NCBI GenBank assembly: GCA_963706095.1
Contig: OY970149.1
Span: 1,152,418 to 1,216,417 of the forward strand
Origin: an uncultured Chloroflexia bacterium
GTDB lineage: Bacteria > Chloroflexota > Limnocylindria > Limnocylindrales > CSP1-4
Direction of reading: 5' to 3'
Length of the DNA: 64,000 nucleotides
A program made the translations under genes and the position numbers. The notes under the pieces were generated by a model. That model was not told where the DNA came from, made no database searches, and saw only the letters and a list, made by a program, of their open reading frames with translations. Within the stretch, counting starts at the first letter, position 1. Every line of letters begins with the position of its first letter. Shown piece after piece: positions 59,451 to 64,000 of the stretch.

Positions 59451-60086
59451 TGGCAGGCCGCTGTGCAGAGCTCTGACGATATCGCTCTGCTGAGTTCGGT
59501 AGTCCTGACCGAGCGCGACACGAAGCTCGTCAATGAAGGTCCTGTTGTGGCCGGTGTCAGCCAGGACGATCAGAATGGCGTCGACCTGTCCATCGCGCTC
59601 TCTGAGACGCGTTCGTCTGACCAGGGCCTGAACATCTCGGACGCGGCTTTCAATATCGACACCGACCAGATGACGCGGCCGGCTGTCGAGCAGCCTCAAC
59701 GTCTTGTCCCAAGCTCTCATATCACCCCGCGTCGGCAGGAGCGTCTCGTCCATCGTTCGCCACTTGCTCGACAGCATGGCCTCCAGCCGCGCGCCGATCT
59801 TCAGTTGGGCGCGATCGCGCACGCCGTCGCCAGAAACGTGGAGGCTGAGGACGAGGTCCAATCCGAGCAGGCTGGCATTCTCGGACAGCCTTACCACCCC
59901 GACATCGCTGAGCTCGCCGCCTTCCATTCGTGAGAAAGCCGACTGAGATACGCGGGCCAGATATGCGAGCTCAGACTGACTCAATCCCGCGGTCATGCGG
60001 GCGGCGCGAAGTTCGTTGAGCACCCGCCGCAGCTGCTCTCTACCGCGACGACGGCCCCGATCAAGTCGCGTCTCCTTACTGGACAC
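59421..60086 (-). CDS. XRE-family HTH regulator with C-terminal domain paralogous to 8663-9448.
   Basis: HTH (LRAARMTAGLSQSELAYLARVSQSAFSRMEGG). C-terminal AWDKTLRLLDSRPRHLVGVDIESRVRDVQALV aligns to VIDLLAWHAPSRTLLVIELKTEIVDPQGLL of the first regulator. Confidence 0.6.
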   Translation of the reverse strand: MSSKETRLDRGRRRGREQLRRVLNELRAARMTAGLSQSELAYLARVSQSAFSRMEGGELSDVGVVRLSENASLLGLDLVLSLHVSGDGVRDRAQLKIGARLEAMLSSKWRTMDETLLPTRGDMRAWDKTLRLLDSRPRHLVGVDIESRVRDVQALVRRTRLRERDGQVDAILIVLADTGHNRTFIDELRVALGQDYRTQQSDIVRALHSGLPLPGSGVILV

Positions 60087-60462
60087 GCCGACAGTCTGTG
60101 GATCCCCGCTTATCGCCTTCTTATGCCGCGGTCGCGCAGCACTTACCCGTTCAGCGGGTCATTCTCCCGCCGACCTTCTCGGGCTCTCGTTGGCGCAACG
60201 CATTGGAGGCAAACTTGGGCCGAGATGAGGCATAGGGCGTTCATTGAGGCCGGGGATAGGCCGCAAATCGGGGCCCGGGACGGCGCGGGACCAGGTCGGC
60301 GAGGCTGCGACGACGGATTCGACGGGTGAGGTCGCCTTCTACCGGACGAATCACCCGCTCAGCGGGTAAGGGCCATGAATCGAAGGGGCTGGGGGCTCCT
60401 GCGGCGGGGGGGGGCGAGCGTGCGACAATGCGCGCGCCGCATGGAAGCTGGGACCTGACGAC

Positions 60463-60788
60463 GTGCCCGTTCTGGCCACATTTTTCTCGGTTCGACGTGG
60501 GCGCGACCCGTTCTTCAAGTTCTTCATGCGGAAGATGTTTCCGCGCCAGGTCGACCGCTACGAGAAGGAGTTCGGTGTCAAGTTCCTGGGTTGGTACAAC
60601 GTCGCCTACGGCTGGGACTTCGACAACGTGATCCTGCTCGAGCTGCCCGACTACGGGACCATCGACCGCTCGAAGTCGGACGAGCGGTCCCGGGCCTCGG
60701 CCACCGCGCCGGCGAGTGGATGTTCGAACGCCATCATTCGATGTTCCTGCGCGAGCGCATGGGAACCGATCTCGAGTACCACCCCTGA
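60463..60788 (+). CDS. Small conserved hypothetical protein (~108 aa), frameshift near 60650.
   Basis: MPVLATFFSVRRGRDPFFKFF...FLGWYNVAYGWDFDNVILLELPDYGTID continues in the adjacent frame as ...GEWMFERHHSMFLRERMGTDLEYHP. Confidence 0.35.
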
Positions 60789-60897
60789 TGAGCTCACCCC
60801 AAAGCCACCGCCACCCAATGAGCCACCGCCCCCAATGAGCTTCCGCCGCCAGATACCCAACGAAGACACAGCCCAAGGCCAAGGAGGACGAGCAGAC

Positions 60898-61803
60898 ATG
60901 AGCAGCATGCCGGGTGCCCTGGGCGAGATCGCCGCCGACGCAAGCCTCGAGCGCAACGAGTTCCTGAGCCGCGCGGGAGAGCAGCTCAAGAGCTTCCTCG
61001 AAGCGAACAAGGACCGTATCAAGGATGTCGGCGGCCTGGTGCTGATCGACGACGATCCGGACTACCTGTCGGTCGCACCCGACGGCTCGTTCCGCAGCCG
61101 CACGCGCTACCAGGACGAGCTGACGGGCGAGTGGCGCTCGGAGACGGAGGTCATCGAGAGCGCGGCAGAGCTGGTCGAGCTCTACAACCCGGCCGAGATC
61201 TTCGCCGCGTTCGCGGAAGCGGCGCGCGAGCAGGCCGGGCTGCCCGCCGAGCCGACGGCCACGGACGATCTGATGGATGTGGCCGGGATCGCGCCCGACG
61301 AGACGGTCGGCGTGGGCGTCGGCGGAGACGAGCTGGCGGACGAGGGCTATGCCGGTGCGGCCGACCAATGGGCCCGCGGCCAGGATGCGGCGGGTGAGCC
61401 GACGGACGCCGAGGATGCTGCGCGCCGCCTGTACGACCTCGCGCTCACTTTCCAGGAGCGCAGCCAGCACACCGAAGCGCGCCTGATCGAGCAGTTCGAG
61501 TCGCTCGCTCAGACCCTGACGCCCTTCCTGGGCGACCTGATGGTTCTCGACGACGAGGACGAGCGCCTATGGCTCAAGCGCAACGGCCGATTCGAAGCGG
61601 AGGTCGTCCCCGAGCGCGAGGAGGACGGCGCGCTGGCAGAGGGCGACTGGCGCCGGCTCGAGGGTCCCGACGACCTGGTCGAGTTCTACGACCCGACGGA
61701 CGTCTTCGGCGACCTGGCCGAGGCGCTCGCCGAGTCGTTCCCGGGCATCGCCGCGGACGAGGACGACGCCGACGACGAAGAGGTCGACGACGCCAAGGCC
61801 TGA
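60898..61803 (+). CDS. Acidic hypothetical protein with two ~65-aa internal repeats.
   Basis: Strong RBS aaggagga. Repeats LVLIDDDPDYLSVAPDGSF...ELVELYNPAEIFAAFAEAARE and LMVLDDEDERLWLKRNGRF...DLVEFYDPTDVFGDLAEALAE. Asp/Glu-rich tail. Confidence 0.55.
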   Translation: MSSMPGALGEIAADASLERNEFLSRAGEQLKSFLEANKDRIKDVGGLVLIDDDPDYLSVAPDGSFRSRTRYQDELTGEWRSETEVIESAAELVELYNPAEIFAAFAEAAREQAGLPAEPTATDDLMDVAGIAPDETVGVGVGGDELADEGYAGAADQWARGQDAAGEPTDAEDAARRLYDLALTFQERSQHTEARLIEQFESLAQTLTPFLGDLMVLDDEDERLWLKRNGRFEAEVVPEREEDGALAEGDWRRLEGPDDLVEFYDPTDVFGDLAEALAESFPGIAADEDDADDEEVDDAKA

Positions 61804-61812
61804 CGCCGGCAC

Positions 61813-62673
61813 GTGAAGCTGCTCGAGGCCGAGCTGCTCGACACGCGCGAGTTCCTTCCGGGGCAGTGGCTCCAGACATACAGGGCGCCCCATCTCGCGG
61901 CCGGCGCGCAGGCCGGCCAGTTCGTCCACGTGCGCACGCCCGACTACTCCGGCCTCGTCCTGCGCCGGCCGTTCTCGATCAACACCTACGACCGCGCCGC
62001 GGGCGAGATAACGATCCATTTCCGGATCACCGGCGTCGGGACGTCATGGCTGGCGCGGATGCAGCCCGGTCAGAGCGCGGAGATGCTCGGCCCCCTCGGC
62101 CGCGGCTTCGAGCGCGACCCGCGCAGCACGCACGTGCTCCTGGTGGCGGGTGGCTTGGGCATGGCCGGCGTCAGGCCAATGGCCGATGAGGCGCTCGCCG
62201 CCGGCTGCAACGTCACCGTGCTGTTCGGGGCGGCGAGCGCTGCGGAGGTGTATCCGAGCTCGCTCCTGCCCGACGAGGTCGAATACGTCGTCGCCACGGA
62301 CGATGGCTCGTTCGGGCAAAAAGGCTTCGTGACGGAGCTCGTGCCGCAATTCGAGGCATGGGCGGACCAGTGCTTCGCGTGCGGCCCGCAGCCCATGCTG
62401 GCCGCCATGGCGCGACTCGCTGCGGGCCGCCGGCAGCGGATGGGCGTGGCCCGACTCGGCGCACGACGCGGGCGCGCCGCGCAACGGGCCGCGCTAGGCT
62501 CTCGGCAGGAGCGGCGGCGCGCCTGGCTTCAGGTGAGCATGGAGCAGAACATGGGCTGTGCGGTCGGTGCATGCCTGGGCTGCGTGGTGATGGGCACGAA
62601 CGGCCCGCAGCGCGTGTGCCGCGAGGGACCGGTCTTCGCCGCGGACGAGATCGACTGGGAGGGCTGGCGGTGA
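61813..62673 (+). CDS. pyrK: Dihydroorotate dehydrogenase electron-transfer subunit (FAD/NAD-binding, 2Fe-2S).
   Basis: RPFSI flavin motif, GGLGMAGV, C-terminal Cys cluster CAVGACLGCVV. An Arg-rich ~30-aa stretch before the Cys cluster is atypical and may reflect two compensating indels. Confidence 0.75.
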   Translation: MKLLEAELLDTREFLPGQWLQTYRAPHLAAGAQAGQFVHVRTPDYSGLVLRRPFSINTYDRAAGEITIHFRITGVGTSWLARMQPGQSAEMLGPLGRGFERDPRSTHVLLVAGGLGMAGVRPMADEALAAGCNVTVLFGAASAAEVYPSSLLPDEVEYVVATDDGSFGQKGFVTELVPQFEAWADQCFACGPQPMLAAMARLAAGRRQRMGVARLGARRGRAAQRAALGSRQERRRAWLQVSMEQNMGCAVGACLGCVVMGTNGPQRVCREGPVFAADEIDWEGWR

Positions 62674-63329
62674 CGTCCGCGCTGGTGCGCTGGGGCCCGA
62701 CCATCGGGTTCATCGGATCGCTGTTCTTCATCGTGGCTTCGATCGTGGCCGGCCTGGCCTACTCCGGAAGCGCCGGCCAGGGCTACTCGCCGCTCAACCA
62801 CTGGGTCTCGGAGCTGGGTGAGATCGGCGTGTCCGCGTTAGCGCTGGTATTCAACGTCGGCCTGATCGTCGGCGGCGTCGCATTCGCGCTTTTCATGGCC
62901 GCGCTCGGATTGCTGCGCCGCAGCCGGCTGGGCTGGGTCTACGCCGCGATCGGGTTCGTTGCCGGCATCTCATGCGCGCTCGTCGGCGTCTTTCCGATGA
63001 ACCAGCGCAGCATCCACATCGTCGTCGCCCTCGGCTTCTTCGGCCTTGGCTGGGTAGCCGTGGCGCTCGCCTCGTTCGACATCTGGCGGCGGCCGGACCC
63101 GCGCTTCGCACGCTGGCTGCCGATGCTTGGCGGCATCACCGTTGCCCTCTTCCTGCTCTTCCTGTCGGTCTACGTCCCGTACCTGTACACCGGCACCGGC
63201 GCCGACCGGCCACAGATGTCGCTGGCGACGATCCTGGAATGGCTGGTCGCGTTCGGCCTGATCGGCTGGGTGCTGGCGGCCTCGTTCACGTGGTGGAGGC
63301 ACGCGCGTGGCAGCGACAGCACCGCCTGA
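62670..63329 (+). CDS. DUF998-like polytopic membrane protein inserted between pyrK and pyrD.
   Basis: GTG start overlapping the pyrK stop. Six hydrophobic segments. Confidence 0.55.
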   Translation: MTSALVRWGPTIGFIGSLFFIVASIVAGLAYSGSAGQGYSPLNHWVSELGEIGVSALALVFNVGLIVGGVAFALFMAALGLLRRSRLGWVYAAIGFVAGISCALVGVFPMNQRSIHIVVALGFFGLGWVAVALASFDIWRRPDPRFARWLPMLGGITVALFLLFLSVYVPYLYTGTGADRPQMSLATILEWLVAFGLIGWVLAASFTWWRHARGSDSTA

Positions 63330-64000
63330 GACCACGTCCGAGGTCGACCTGAGTGTCGATCTGGGTCGTGGTCTGGTCCTCAAGAACCCGTTGATGGTCG
63401 CCTCGGGCACGTTCGGCTACGGCGTGGAGTACGGCGACGTCGTCGACGTCGAGGGGCTGGGGGCGATCTGCTCCAAGGGCACGACGCTGCGCGCGCGCGT
63501 CGGCAATCCGCCGCCGCGCGTGACCGAGACGCCCGCGGGCATGCTCAACTCGATCGGGCTCCAGAACCCGGGCGTCGACGTGGTGCTCGACAAGTACGCC
63601 ACCACCTGGTCGCGCTGGAGCGTGCCGGTGATCGTCAACGTCGCGGGTGAGTCGGTGGAGGACTACGTGGAGGTCGCGCGCCGGCTCGACGGCCAGCCCG
63701 GCGTGAGCGGCATCGAGCTCAACATCTCGTGCCCCAACGTGGGTGCGGGCGGACTCCAGTTCGCGCTCGACGCCGGCGCCGCGGCCGAGGTCACGGCCGC
63801 GGTACGCGAGGCCACGGACCTGCCACTGATGGTCAAGCTGTCACCGGCCGCCACGGACGTCCGCGGCATCGCCAAGCGCATCGCCGACGCCGGCGCCGAC
63901 GCGATCAGCGCCGTCAACACGCTGCCCGGCATGGCTCTCGATCGCGCGCGACGCAAGCCTTTGCTCGGGAATGTCTACGGCGGGCTCTCCGGACCGGCCC
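63307..64000 (+). CDS. pyrD: Dihydroorotate dehydrogenase catalytic subunit (class 1B), 3' end beyond the window.
   Basis: LKNPLMVASGTFGYG, NISCPN (catalytic Cys), MVKLSP motifs. Start provisionally GTG 63307. Confidence 0.85.
   Translation, partial: MAATAPPETTSEVDLSVDLGRGLVLKNPLMVASGTFGYGVEYGDVVDVEGLGAICSKGTTLRARVGNPPPRVTETPAGMLNSIGLQNPGVDVVLDKYATTWSRWSVPVIVNVAGESVEDYVEVARRLDGQPGVSGIELNISCPNVGAGGLQFALDAGAAAEVTAAVREATDLPLMVKLSPAATDVRGIAKRIADAGADAISAVNTLPGMALDRARRKPLLGNVYGGLSGPA

Noticed and set aside
60241-61470. 409-aa minus-strand ORF
   Set aside because: Antisense to the well-supported acidic repeat gene (strong RBS, repeats). Composition is Arg/Ala/Leu-rich noise.

Overview
High-GC (~70%) bacterial chromosomal window, likely Actinobacteria or Chloroflexi-like Terrabacteria. 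It is gene-dense and mostly housekeeping or accessory metabolism; I recognise no transposase, integrase or CRISPR array. Main content, left to right. (1) C-terminus of a Cys/Met-metabolism PLP enzyme, HtpX-like M48 protease, tryptophanase/tyrosine-phenol-lyase-like gene, S9 peptidase, GYD protein, ATP-PEPCK. (2) An XRE regulator, EamA transporter, UbiA prenyltransferase, then a repeat-dense 630-bp intergenic region. (3) GNAT plus cystathionine beta-synthase. (4) A roughly 9.5-kb gene (14249-23797) for a giant sensor with about 15 tandem GAF domains fused to HisKA-HATPase and two receivers. It is followed by an Hpt protein and a receiver-adenylate/guanylate-cyclase protein, with the junctions overlapping by GTGA, so a phosphorelay predicted to end in cNMP synthesis. 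(5) lgt, a cupin, an MbfA-like ferritin-VIT1 fusion, ornithine cyclodeaminase and two coupled membrane-anchored hypotheticals. (6) A sufB-sufD-Rieske cluster with no sufC. (7) Methyltransferase, GNAT, MFS, class-V aminotransferase, SRAP (MCGR) peptidase. (8) A cell-envelope cluster: two small membrane proteins, a secreted beta-propeller protein, a CASTOR/POLLUX-like RCK channel and a large NlpC/P60 protein. (9) A DSD1-like PLP enzyme, APH-family kinase, SulP permease, DUF1269-HhH protein, tRNA-Gly(CCC), lipB, GalT-like protein and an ECF sigma/ZAS anti-sigma pair. (10) pyrR-pyrB, then a roughly 2.9-kb inserted block, then pyrK, a DUF998-like membrane protein and pyrD. Three paralogous ~140-aa secreted proteins with N- and C-terminal conserved Cys residues are scattered through the window. 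Many otherwise conserved genes are broken by single-nucleotide frameshifts, often in G/C runs. I found at least 14 (tnaA-like, pckA, the GAF kinase twice, Hpt, REC-cyclase three times, cupin, sufB, sufD at least twice, a small hypothetical, possibly pyrK). This pattern looks like indel sequencing error, not true pseudogenes, so I report these as CDS with a caveat.
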